Source of the DNA: Octopus vulgaris | Lineage: Eukaryota | NCBI GenBank assembly: GCA_951406725.2 | Contig: OX597824.1 | Coordinates: 37,510,001-37,574,000 of the forward strand | Reading direction: 5' to 3' | DNA length: 64,000 nucleotides | Shown: piece after piece, positions 24,660 to 37,686 of the stretch | Layout: every line of letters begins with the position of its first letter | How positions within the stretch are numbered: position 1 is the stretch's first letter | Program-made: the position numbers and the translations under genes | Notes under the pieces: model-generated | Seen by the model: only the letters and a program-made list of their open reading frames with translations | Databases searched by the model: none | What the model was told of the DNA's origin: nothing

Positions 24660-24852
24660 GCTCAATAGAGGCCATAGGATTGGTCAAAATTCGAAAAATT
24701 AAACTACGTTAAATTTACAAATTACAATTTTCTCAAGAAAGCCAAGAGAAAAAAATGTTTTACTTTGACACATTCTACCAGTATACGAAGTTTAAAAGTG
24801 TTTAATTAACTAGAAATTGTGTTGAAAACTGCCGTTCAAAAGGAAAAGATCC
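24660..24852. repeat. Unclassified dispersed repeat (second copy at about 53565-53757)
   Basis: Shared TGACACATTCTACCAGTATACGAAGTTTAAAAGTGTTTA...GAAAAGATCC. Confidence 0.6.
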
Positions 24853-25932
24853 CAGATATGTTACGTAAGATTTATTTTGAGGGTCTGGTCAAAGATATGG
24901 CAATTCAAAAAATGTAGAAAACTTTTCAAATCATCTTACTGTTAGTTTTCTTTCATTTTGAAAATTAAAATTTTACTTTATGGTTTATTATTGTTTATAT
25001 TTAGAATTACATATATATGTTTATATTTATATGCTTATATTTAGAATTACATATATATGGGGGGCACCAAAATCTTTCAAGTGCTTAGGGTCTTTATGGG
25101 TCTTAATCCAGCGCTGTATACAATCAATAAAAATGCACAAATTTCCCATCTTATTTTCTAAAAATAAATAATGAATAGATACCGAAGCACGTTATGACTC
25201 TCTGGAGTTTAGAATCTTATAGGAGAGGAAAGCATGCACATGGTACTTTAGGAAAATTAGATGATAAAACTTTCATACGGACACCTTTAACTCGGATACC
25301 AATTTGAAAGATTTCTCAGTTAGATAACTTTACTTTGAAAGTCGTCACAGTTTGAACCTACGAAATTATAGTTTTTTATTTTTGTAATTCTTTTAAGATG
25401 AATTGTTTGTAAGTAGTGGCATGAATAAGTCTGTAATTATCGCTTCAACTATTTGAGGTAAATATTTTATCGAACATAGAAGGTTGGTAAAAAGAGGAAA
25501 TATACGTAGAAGCACTGGATTAGGAAAATGTTCAAATTGTTGGGCTTCAAATTCCATCCTCAAGCAGATATAGGAATATTTAACAAATCGCAGGAGAATA
25601 AGAGCTGTGACTTAAGCATTCAATTTTGAGACAACTTTGCTGAATGCTGATAAAAGAAAGTTTCTTGATTCAGGGGAGATAACTTCAACCGAATAAACTA
25701 GTGAAATGATACATACAGACACACACGTACACACGAGCATGTGTATATATGCACACCCACAATCGCGTGAGCGCGCACACACAGATACATGCATAATTAC
25801 GTACGTACATACATACATACATACATACATACATACATACATAAAATTAATATAAACAGCTAGGCGCAATATAAAACTATAAAAGAAAAATTTCACCGTC
25901 ATTAAATGTGTCTGAGGGTGCCAAAACTAACA

Positions 25933-25973
<41 letters not shown>

Positions 25974-25977
<4 letters not shown>

Positions 25978-26249
25978 AATTAAGGACTGAACACGAAAAG
26001 TGGACAGTCAACATGCTAGATATAGACGTCAAATCGCCATTCTCCACAAAAGATTATGTGCTGAGTTTGATTTGAGAACATAATCTTTTGTGGAGAATGG
26101 CGATTTGACGTCTATATCTAGCATGTTGACTGTCCACTTTTCGTGTTCTGTCCTTAATTGGTATATATAAATATTTTAATCTTCGGATTCTTTTTTAATA
26201 TGCTAGACCACTGGTTTTAATTGATAAATATCAATTTCTACCCTTCATC

Positions 26250-26257
<8 letters not shown>
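25974..26257. mobile_element. Palindromic partial insertion of the 508-bp hammerhead-element unit in (TA)n
   Basis: Both arms match 30161-30360; inverted junction near 26085; (TA)n on both flanks. Confidence 0.85.
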
Positions 26258-26310
<53 letters not shown>

Positions 26311-26937
26311 AAAAGCAATAAAGATTCAAGTTAATTTAAATGAATTTACTTGAATATGGTACCTAACTTAGATGCTGTAATTTTTGCAACTTTTAATAAA
26401 ACCTGTCCTTGTATGAAACGATTGTACTAAAAACCTATCCATTCTTGTTGCTTCATTCTCGTATATATATATATATATATATATGTATTACAACATTAAG
26501 AGTCTTTGCATGGCCGCAGTCAAATGACTGAAACAAATAAAAGAATAAAAGAATTAGAGTTTAATTGGTAGCCGAATAGTACTGAATCTTTTGATACCCC
26601 ATACGTCAAAATCGGCACCTCGGTCTTGGAATGTATGAGGAACATAAGCGCGCGCACACACAAACACCCCTCCCCCCACACTTTTATAGTTATAGATATA
26701 AATGTAAAAACCAAAGCCCGAGGTGTAGGAAGAAAGTTAGCTTCGAGCAATTCGTAGTAAATATAAAAAAGACAGCTTTCAGGGACAACAGTGGTTTATT
26801 GAGACGTAAGGTTGTGGATTTTTTTTTGTATCGAAGTACGATAAACTGAAAAAAGTTCTTTTTATATTTCACGGTAGGCGACCGGGGTTGCCAGGTGTGC
26901 AAAAAAGGTTACAAGGGTTACGGAATGGAGTGGATAA

Positions 26938-27688
26938 AGGCAGCGAGCTGGCAGAACCGTTAGCACACCGGGCGAAATGCTTAGCGGTATTTCGTCTGCG
27001 TTACGTTGTGAGTTCAAATTCCGCCGAGGTCGACTTTACCTTTCATCCTTTCGGGGTCGATAAATTAAGTACCAGTTACGCACTGGGGTCGATGTAATCG
27101 ACTGAATACCTATGTCTGTCCTTGTTTGTCACCTCTGGGTAATAAAGAAATATGAAATAGGTATTTCGTCTGTCGTTGCGTTCTGAGTTCAAATTCCGCC
27201 GAGGTCGACTTTGCCTTTCATCCTTTCGGGGTCGATTAAATAAGTACCAGTTACGCACTGGGGTCGATATAATCGACTTAATCCGTTTGTTTGTCCTTGT
27301 TTGTCCTCTCTGTGTTTAGCCCCTTGTGGGTAGTAAAGAAATAGGTATTTCGTCTGAGTTCAAATTCCGCCAAGGTCAACTTTGCCTTTCAGCCTTTCGG
27401 GGTCGATTAAATAAGTACCAGTTACGCACTGGGGTCGATGTAATCCACTTAATACCTATGTCTGTCCTTGTTTGTCCCCTCTGTGTTTAGCCCCTTGTGG
27501 GTAATAAAGAAATAGGTATTTCGTCTGAGTTCAAATTCCGCCGAGGTCAACTTTGCCTTTCAGCCTTTCGGGGTCGATTAAATAAGTACCAGTTACGCTC
27601 TGGCGTCGATATAAACGATTTAATCATCCGTTTGTCTGTCCTCGTTTGTCCTCTCTGTGTTCAGCCCCTTGTGGGTAGTAAAGAAATA
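26938..27688 (+). mobile_element. SINE family B tetramer with 16-bp TSD
   Basis: GGAATGGAGTGGATAA at 26922-26937 and 27689-27704; four ~175-bp body repeats. Confidence 0.9.
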
Positions 27689-27720
27689 GGAATGGAGTGG
27701 ATAAGATCCGGGCTTCATAT

Positions 27721-27940
27721 GTTTCATAGCGAGTGGAACTTCAGAAGTGGTAAATATCAAAGTGAGGTGTATACCGAGGTGTGTACATCCTAATTGAACT
27801 TTCTAGACGTCAACATGTACCGCCTTGCGACAATGTAAACTTTCATTTAAACAAGATATCCTCGGCCTGAAGAACAGGTAGCCTGCAGTACACACCTCAC
27901 TTAGATACTTATGACTTCTGAGGTTCCGCTCGCTACGAAA
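27721..27940. repeat. Imperfect inverted repeat, MITE-like
   Basis: GTTTCATAGCGAGTGGAACTTCAGAAGT...GTGAGGTGT / ACACCTCAC...ACTTCTGAGGTTCCGCTCGCTACGAAAC. Confidence 0.55.
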
Positions 27941-28009
27941 CACACACACACACATACATCGCTTCAGACCGGCCAGCGTGACAGCTACATAGACAGTTAC
28001 ATTGATCAA

Positions 28010-28541
28010 ATCCTAAGACCTCACATCGCGCGTCACAATAGCCACGTGTTCTAGCAGGACAGTGCTCCCTCCCACACGGCTTGGGTCACCATGGACTTCC
28101 TGCGCCAGCACAACATCAGAGCCATACCGTGACCATCCCTCAGTCCGGATTTGAACCCAATTGAACACCTGCAGGATGAAATCCAGAGACGGCTGAACCA
28201 GGTAGTCCCAAGGCCGACAACTCGTGTGGAACGGCAGGCAGCTTTTCTCAGAGTATGGGCACAGGTTCCAATGACTTTTGTGAACCGCTTCATACACTCC
28301 ATGTACCGACGGTGTATGACCGTTTTGAACACCTAGGGAGGGCATTAACGGTATTGAACGTGTCACGCCCTACAATCTCGATGTGCTGGATCTACCAGAA
28401 CACATGACAACTCATAGACTGTGGTCAAAGTGCATCCAAGAAATTGACTTTATCAGATTTATTCAAATTTATCTCTGACATAATAAAATTAAAACATTTC
28501 ACAGTCACACACGTCTCGCGTTTCTTTTGCGGTTCATTGTA
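28010..28541 (+). mobile_element. Tc1-like transposon 3' fragment
   Basis: QDSAPSH...PSLSPDLNPIEHL transposase motifs with a stop codon; ends GTTTCTTTTGCGGTTCATTG-TA. Confidence 0.8.
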
Positions 28542-28544
28542 TGC

Positions 28545-30070
<1,526 letters not shown>

Positions 30071-30115
30071 GGAGACGGGATAAAAAAAATAAAAAAAATC
30101 TAATAATAATTTAAC

Positions 30116-30170
<55 letters not shown>

Positions 30171-30408
30171 TAAGGGTAGAAATTGATATTTATCAATTAA
30201 GACCAGTGGTCCAGCATATTAAAAAAGAATCCGAAGATTAAAATATTTATATATACCAATTAAGGACTGAACACGAAAAGTGGACAGTCAACATGCTAGA
30301 TATAGACGTCAAATCGTCATTCACCACAAAAGATTATGTTCTCAGATCAAACTCAACACAAAACCATAGCAATAAACAAGTGAAAAATATACGAAATAAA
30401 ATAATTAC

Positions 30409-30473
30409 CCATGTACTAACTTAGTTTCAGCTGTTATTTTCCGCAAGGAAAACTGCAGCCATCATCAGCATGG
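30409..30473 (-). ncRNA. Type I hammerhead ribozyme
   Basis: Exact reverse complement of 31131-31195. Confidence 0.8.
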
Positions 30474-31130
30474 TCTGTTATAAATGTAATTTGCTGGACT
30501 AGATGCAAACACGATACCGAAATATCGCGTGCATGGAGTTCAGCCTATTACATTTGAATATATCTTTCAAATGCCTTTACTTTGGCGCGTTGAAACCTCG
30601 AGAAAACTAGCCTGCAGCTAATAATTAGCAGCAGTTAATTTATCGGTTAGAGAACATATTTATTTATATAAAATTAATTAAGGGTAGAAATTGATATTTA
30701 TCAATTAAGACCAGTGGTCCAGCATATTAAAAAAGAATCCGAAGATTAAAATATTTATATATCCCAATTAAGGACTGAACACGAAAAGTGGACAGTCAAC
30801 ATGCTAGATATAGACGTCAAATCGTCATTCACCACAAAAGATTATGTTCTCAGATCAAATCTTCGGATTCTTTTTTAATATGCTAGACCACTGGTCTTAA
30901 TTGATAAATATCAATTTCTACCCTTAATTAATTTTATATAAATAAATATGTTCTCTAACCGATAAATTAACTGCTGCTAATTATTAGCTGCAGGCTAGTT
31001 TTCTCGGGTTTCAACGCGCCAAAGTAAAGGCATTTGAAAGATATATTCAAATGTAATAGGCTGAACTCCATGCACGCGATATTTCGGTATCGTGTTTGCA
31101 TCTAGTCCAGCAAATTACATTTATAACAGA

Positions 31131-31195
31131 CCATGCTGATGATGGCTGCAGTTTTCCTTGCGGAAAATAACAGCTGAAACTAAGTTAGTACATGG
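31131..31195 (+). ncRNA. Type I hammerhead ribozyme
   Basis: Stem I CCAUG/CAUGG; core CUGAUGA; stem II GGCUG...CAGCU with inner UUUUCC/GGAAAA; GAAA; stem III ACUA...UAGU; GUA cleavage triplet at 31188-31190. Confidence 0.8.
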
Positions 31196-31625
31196 GTAAT
31201 TATTTTATTTCGTATATTTTTCACTTGTTTATTGCTATGGTTTTGTGTTGAGTTTGATCTGAGAACATAATCTTTTGTGGTGAATGACGATTTGACGTCT
31301 ATATCTAGCATGTTGACTGTCCACTTTTCGTGTTCAGTCCTTAATTGGTATATATATATATATATATATGAATATATATACTTATACATACATACATATA
31401 TATATGCACACATATATACATACATATATGGAGAGAGAGTAAGAAAGAAAGAGAGAGAGAGAGATATGTATGTATGTATGCATGTATGTATGTATGTATG
31501 TATGTATGTATGTATGTATGTATGTATGTATGTATGTATGTATAGGCATAAGGTTGGAAATTTTAGGGAATGGGAAATGTGACGCTCTTGCCTGTATTAA
31601 ACCCTTCAATATTATCTTGAACAGA

Positions 31626-32200
31626 AGGTGGCGCGCTGGCAGAAACGTTAGCACGCCGGGCGAAATGTGTAGTCGTATTTCGTCTGCCGTGACGTTCTGA
31701 GTTCAAATTCCGCCGAGGTCGTTTTTGCCTTTCATCCTTTCGGGGTCGATAAATTAAGTACCAGTTACGCACTGGGGTAGATATAATCCGTTTCTCTGTT
31801 CTTTTTTTCCCTCTCTGTGTTTAGCCCCTTGAGGGTAGTAAAGAAATAGGTATTTCGTATGTCTTTACGTTCTGAGTTCAAATTCCGCCGAGGTCGACTT
31901 TGCTTTTCACCCTTTCGGGGTCGATAAATTAAGTACCAGTTACGCACTGGAGTCGATATAATCGACTTAATCCGTTTGTCTGTCCTTGTTTATCCTTTCT
32001 ATGTTTAGCCCCTTGTGGGTAGTAAAGAAATAGGCAATTCGTATGTCTTTACGTTCTGAGTTCAAATTCCGCCGAGGTCGACTTTGCTTTTCACCCTTTC
32101 GGGGTCGATAAATTAAGTACCAGTTGCGTACTGGGGTCGAATTAATCGACTGGCCCCCTTCCCCAAAATTTCGGGCCTTGTGTCTAGAGTAGAAAAGAAT
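31626..32200 (+). mobile_element. SINE family B trimer
   Basis: Head plus three ~180-bp bodies; degenerate TSD AATATTATCTT on both sides. Confidence 0.85.
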
Positions 32201-32956
32201 ATTATCTTCACTAGAATTCCAATTCTTTTACGGCCGCAGTCCGACGATCTTTCACAGCCCTCATCACCTGTGTTGATAAGTTGAATGACAAACTAGCAAA
32301 AATATTGCAACTTTAGATATTAAACAGTCCACTTTATTTAATTCCATCTACACTGTAAGTTCAAATTACACCAAAGTAGATAAAATATGTTTCTGTCATA
32401 ATGTTTGAAAATGGTTCAAGGCCACTACATCTTTTACTCTCTTCATCGAGCTCAGTGCCAAGAATTCAGTATTGATTTCTAATAATGACACAAAGTCAGA
32501 AAATTTGAGGGAAAATTCAGTCGATTATATTGACGTTAGTTTATTACTTCAACAAACATCCAAGAAATGAAAGGTGGAGTTGAACTATAAGAAATCAATA
32601 TTAGATGCCAGGTATATATCACTGTAACTACACACACCCCCACACACACACACAATCACACACATACACACACACGCATACGCACACGCACACATACACA
32701 CACCACATCTCACACAAAGAATACACTCACATACACATACACACAAACGCACACACTCTCTCACACATACACACATACATAAATACATAACGAAACATGC
32801 TTTTCTCCGGAATATCTACTCCTTCTTCCTTTTCCTCTTCTCTGGACGAAGAGCCATGCTCGAAACATCAATGACCGTCAATCTAATGTAGCTACTGTGT
32901 ACGTCCAAGTAACTTTTGTTGTTATTTTTCCTATTTTCTTTTGTTCATGGACTTAC

Positions 32957-32990
<34 letters not shown>

Positions 32991-32999
32991 GCGCACACA

Positions 33000-33166
33000 T
33001 ATATATATATACGACGGGCATCTTTCAGTTTCCGTCTACCAAATCCACTCAGAAGGCTTTGGTTGGCCCGAGGCTATAGTAGAAGACACTTGGCTAAGGT
33101 TTCATGCAGTAGGGCTGAACCCGGCACCATGTGGTTGGGAAGCAAACTTCTTACCACACGACCACT

Positions 33167-33169
<3 letters not shown>
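33000..33169 (-). mobile_element. SINE family A head fragment
   Basis: Matches the family A 5' half. Confidence 0.75.
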
Positions 33170-33257
<88 letters not shown>

Positions 33258-33358
33258 CATTATTAAATCTCAGAATAAGATTGAAACAGTAATCGCTCGA
33301 TAAAGTAAAGTATAGAAGCCATCTTCTATGTGGTTAGCCATGTTAAGATGGCTTCTAT

Positions 33359-33404
<46 letters not shown>

Positions 33405-34076
33405 TAGAGAGAGAAAGGAAAAATAGACGAAAACTGGGCGAAAGTATAACGGACAGAAAAGGGAGATAAAAATCTGATTCAAGGAACATTCGCAGCTGAC
33501 TTTCTCAGCAGTTGATATCCGAAACGTCTTAGTGGTTTCACGCTATTTAAACCAGGACCCCTGTTATCTAAAAGAAGTGTCAGAGCATAGGAAAAAGCTG
33601 ACCAATGTGTGCGAGGACAGGACAAAATAGCATCGCGTATACAATAAGAAATAATGACAAGATATAAGAGATAAGGAATGATACATACAGATTAGAAAAC
33701 GCCGTACAGCTGAACAATAAGCAAAAGGAATAATTATATGTATGCGGTACTAAAACAATACAATAGAAACAGAAAGAGCCTTTTCGGCTATCAAGACAAT
33801 CACAGCGAGGTAGCGCAAAGAAATGGAAAAAGTCCTTGACGAACGGAACTCAAACGTGTATGGTTGGGTCAGCAGCAGGTCGAAAAAGAACGATGCGCTT
33901 TGACTGGACACCGGTCACGTTGTAGGAGAGAGGACGAGTGGTGGAGGGACTAAGGGATGAGAGAGGGAAAGAGAAGGGCGGAATACTGTTCCATGATAGA
34001 AAATTCAACAAAATAAGTACTCCATCTAGTGAGAGATAAATATTAGTTATTTAAAGGACACAATATATGTCTTTAA

Positions 34077-34131
34077 GTGCTACTTATAGTTTCACATGTT
34101 GAGAAATATCTGAAACATTTTCTTCAGGCAC
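34077..34131 (-). ncRNA. Hammerhead ribozyme motif (second family); degenerate inverted copy at 34820-34874
   Basis: GUGC-CUGAAGA-aaAUGUU...AACAUgu-GAAA-CUAUAAG-UA-GCAC; the plus-strand copy has CUGAAAA. Confidence 0.6.
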
Positions 34132-34159
34132 AAACCACATATAACGAACTAAAAATCTG

Positions 34160-34600
34160 GGTGCTACTTTGGCGTGTGATCTACAAGGGAGATAACTTTA
34201 GGTTACTTTTTAGTTTACTTTTCAATTTCTAAAAAATCCGCAAGATGTTGACGAAAGATTATTACAATGTGATCAACGAGGAGACGAAGGCAGTTGCATT
34301 TTTACAAGAAACCAGCACTAAATTCATATAATTTCTTAAGAAAAAGAAAGGTGTCACTTTGGCGTGTGAGCTACAATTTAAAGGGAGATTACTTCAGGTT
34401 ACTCTCTGTTAGTGCTACTTTCCATGTGATCTACGTGAGTGAATTTGCTCTGGTGGGTGATCCACGCACTTATTTTAATTATTATATATATATTTTTTTT
34501 ATTAAAATAGAATTTTGAAAAATACATTTACAGTATTGAGTATGTACTTTGAAAGTAGCCTAAAGTAATCTCCCTTGCAGATCACACGCTAAAGTATAAC
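34160..34600. mobile_element. MITE-like element with internally repeated termini
   Basis: GTGCTACTTTGGCGTGTGATCTACAAGGGAGATAACTTTAGG at 34160, repeated near 34350, and inverted at 34553-34600. Confidence 0.55.
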
Positions 34601-34907
34601 CAAACATTGAATAAAAGAAAAAAAAAACGCGAAGAAAAAAAACTGAGAAAGAAACACATAGAAAACACAGAAGGTAAAAAACGGAAAACGAAGACGCCAA
34701 AAGTAAAATGTAAAAAGTAAACAGTAAAAAGGTAAAAGAGTTATCCTCCTTAGATCTTAATGCTGCCTTCTCAGTTTTTTCGTCTTCCTTCTCTTATTCA
34801 ATTTTTTTTTAGTTCGTATGTGTCTGAAAAATATATTTGAAATATTCTTCAACTTATGAAACTATTAGTAGCACATAAAGACATGTATTGTGTCCTTTAA
34901 ATAAATA

Positions 34908-34981
<74 letters not shown>

Positions 34982-34983
<2 letters not shown>

Positions 34984-35208
34984 GCGCCCTTTTAAAGCCT
35001 AGTCAGGCTCATGGGTCCGGTTTTCCGGTTTCAATGGCGTATGTGTTCCTCATCGCAGCGTTGCTCATTTTTGCCAGCTGAGTGGACTGGAGCAACGTGA
35101 AATGAAGTGTTTTGCTCAAGAACACAACGCATCGTCCGGTCCAGGAATCGAAACCACAATCTTACGATCATGATGCTGACACCCTAACCACTAAGCCACG
35201 CGTCTCCA
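34982..35208 (-). mobile_element. tRNA-derived SINE family D
   Basis: Minus-strand head TGGAGACGCGTGGCTTAGTGGTTAGGG...GGTTTCGATTCC (A/B boxes). Confidence 0.7.
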
Positions 35209-36254
35209 CACACACACACACACACACACACATAGACATATACATAAATACATACATGCATGCATACATGCATGCATGCATGCATACATACATACATACA
35301 TACATACATACATACATACATACATACATACATACATACATACATACAACTTCGACGGTATCAAGAAGAGACCTCATAGTTGGTTACTGGCAGGAGATGT
35401 TGATGTTTTATAGAAAGTCACTTATACAATCCAAATTCGTTCGCCATAGCACAAACACATTTTGTAGCCAAGAATGAAATCATAACCGTGGTAGAGAATA
35501 ATAGGCATATAGCCTGCCTTAACATTTTGTAAAAACTGTACTCAAGCTACCTGAACCAATTCTTCAAAGACAATTATGAGTCTTACAGTATATTCACAGA
35601 CGAACAGGTAAGTGAGAAGAAAGGAGTGTGAGGATATATCGGCGACTTTTAATAAATAGTGTTGTTCCAAATAAGAAAACACGCCAGAAACCTTTTGACA
35701 GTTTGACTTAATTACAGAGAGACATTTAATATCATTCTCCTCACATGGTTACCGAAGTTACTACAGTTGGTCAAAGAATCTGCTGCCTTAGTTGCTGCTG
35801 TCTTCTTCTTCTTCTTCTTCTTCTTCTTCTTCTTCTTCTTCTTCTTCTTCTTCTTCTTCTTCTTCTTCTTCTTCTTCTTCTTCCAATCAGGACTCACACT
35901 ATTGGCCACAAAGAATAATCTCTAATTCGCGCCTACTCTAAGCTACTAAGAATGCGTGTGGCAACTTGAAGATCCACCCACCACACGTGATAGACTGGCG
36001 GTTGCACGGGTGCGAAAGCTACGTTGTTATCCTCATTCCGTAAACGGTGGCTTTTAACGGGTGAAGAGCTGAACCATCCTGGGGTACAGAGGATTCGCAA
36101 TCTAGACTAGAGTTTGAAAGAATTATAGGCCTAAAGTTTACCACACCATAGTGGGTTACACCATGGTTCCTCTGCTTTGTTGCAGAAGTAGGAAAAAAGA
36201 GTTAGAGAAAATTGTGGTTAAAGAGTACAGCGGGTTTCCCTGTCGAGGCAGGGA

Positions 36255-36712
36255 TGAGAATTAGTACATTATTTACATTTGACGGATATTTGTCCTCATC
36301 TTGTTTGTTGTTAACACAACGTTTCGACTGATGTACTTCGTCAGGTGTCCTGGGAGAACCTAGATCCTCATTCCTAAGGTATTTTTCCAATGTTGTTGTT
36401 GTTATTATTATTATTACTATTATTATTATTCAGGTCACTGCCTGGAATCGAACTCGGGGTTAATAACCTGCGCTCTTAACCACTATGCCATATGCCTGTG
36501 GGCAATTATGGAATGAATTTTAGGGCTTATAAATCTAATATTTTCCTATCCTTCCTTAATAACGGTTCCCATATGCTACTCAAATCTTCAACAACAACAA
36601 CAACAACAACAACGGAGAAATACCTTAGGAATGAGAACTTAGGTTCGAAATTCCCCCAGGACACCAATTGAAGGTGTTAACAATAAACAAGATGTAAATA
36701 ATGTACATAATA
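36255..36712. mobile_element. Inverted pair of Penelope-pLTR-like fragments with a minimal hammerhead remnant (36313-36349, minus)
   Basis: 36260-36390 is mirrored at 36615-36710; minus strand GACAC-CUGACGA-...-GAAAC-GUU-GUGUU. Confidence 0.5.
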
Positions 36713-37298
36713 GAAACTACCTACTTCATCTCTCAAATGTATAACTGAGAATTAGTGTTACGAAACGTTGGTCCTCCCAAGCAAGTCGTGCTAGTGTACC
36801 TTACATGTTAATTGAAATTTACTGAGGCAAGTGGAGAATTTCAAGTATCTGAAGGAAATCAGGATCTTGAATTAGATTCTAGAATTACTGTTGATGGTTT
36901 AGTAGTGCGCCAGCTCCAGCATTCAGAAAAGAAGGGTTAGCAAAAAAGCCGAACTTGCTATCTTCAATTCGGTTTTAGTGCCTCTCCTCATCTATGGCCA
37001 TGAATGTTGGGTAATGATCGAATGAGCACGATCGCAAATACAAACGGCCAAAATGGGACTCTCCGGAAAAAAATGCTGTGTTGCTCGAATATCAGGATGT
37101 CTCTCTAGGTCTCGGCTACTTGGCATCGAGAGGTCATAGCTGCGGTGCCACGGAAATGTAGTTAGAAAGAGATTCTCGAAGCCGAGCCGAGACCAAGTAA
37201 GAACTGGTTGCATAACATCAATAGTTTCAATTGGGAATCCAATTGAAACTATTGATGTCTAATAAGTTACTTCTGATAGGACCCTATATAATGGGGAT

Positions 37299-37686
37299 TG
37301 TGGAGGCGCAATGGCCCAGTGGTTAGGGCAGCGGACTCGCGTTCATAGGATCGCGGTTTCGATTCCCAGACCGGGCGTTGTGAGTGTTTATTGAGCGAAA
37401 ACACCTAAAAGCTCCACGAGGCTCCGGCAGGGGATGGTGGTGATCCCTACTGTACTCTTTCACCACAACTTTCTCTCACTCTTACTTCCTGTTTCTGTTG
37501 TACATGTATTTCAAGGGGCCGGCCTTGTCACTCTCTGTGTCACGCTGAATATCCCCGAGAACTACGTTAAGAGTGCACGTGTCTGTGGAGTGCTCAGCCA
37601 CTTACACGTTAATTTCACGAGCAGGCTGTTCCGTTGATTCGGATCAACCGCAACCCTCATCGTCGTAACCGACGGAGTGCTTCCAC
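37299..37686 (+). mobile_element. tRNA-derived SINE family C with 12-bp TSD
   Basis: Head GGAGGCGCAATGGCCCAGTGGTTAGG...GGTTTCGATTCCC; TSD ATATAATGGGGA at 37286 and 37687. Confidence 0.9.

Larger units (their letters stand above)
30161..31350. mobile_element. Retrozyme/Penelope-pLTR-like non-coding element: 508-bp unit as ~1.4 copies (ribozyme sense minus, 30161-30859) joined head-to-head to ~1 circularly permuted copy (sense plus, 30860-31350), inside (TA)n
   Basis: TAAAATTAATTAAGGG at 30161 recurs at 30669; the right arm is the reverse complement and crosses the unit junction; one hammerhead per arm; no meaningful ORF. Confidence 0.75.

Noticed and set aside
37299-37375. tRNA gene calls for SINE heads (also 3401, 54618, 62046)
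   Set aside because: A/B boxes are present, but there is no complete cloverleaf and each continues into a repeated SINE body
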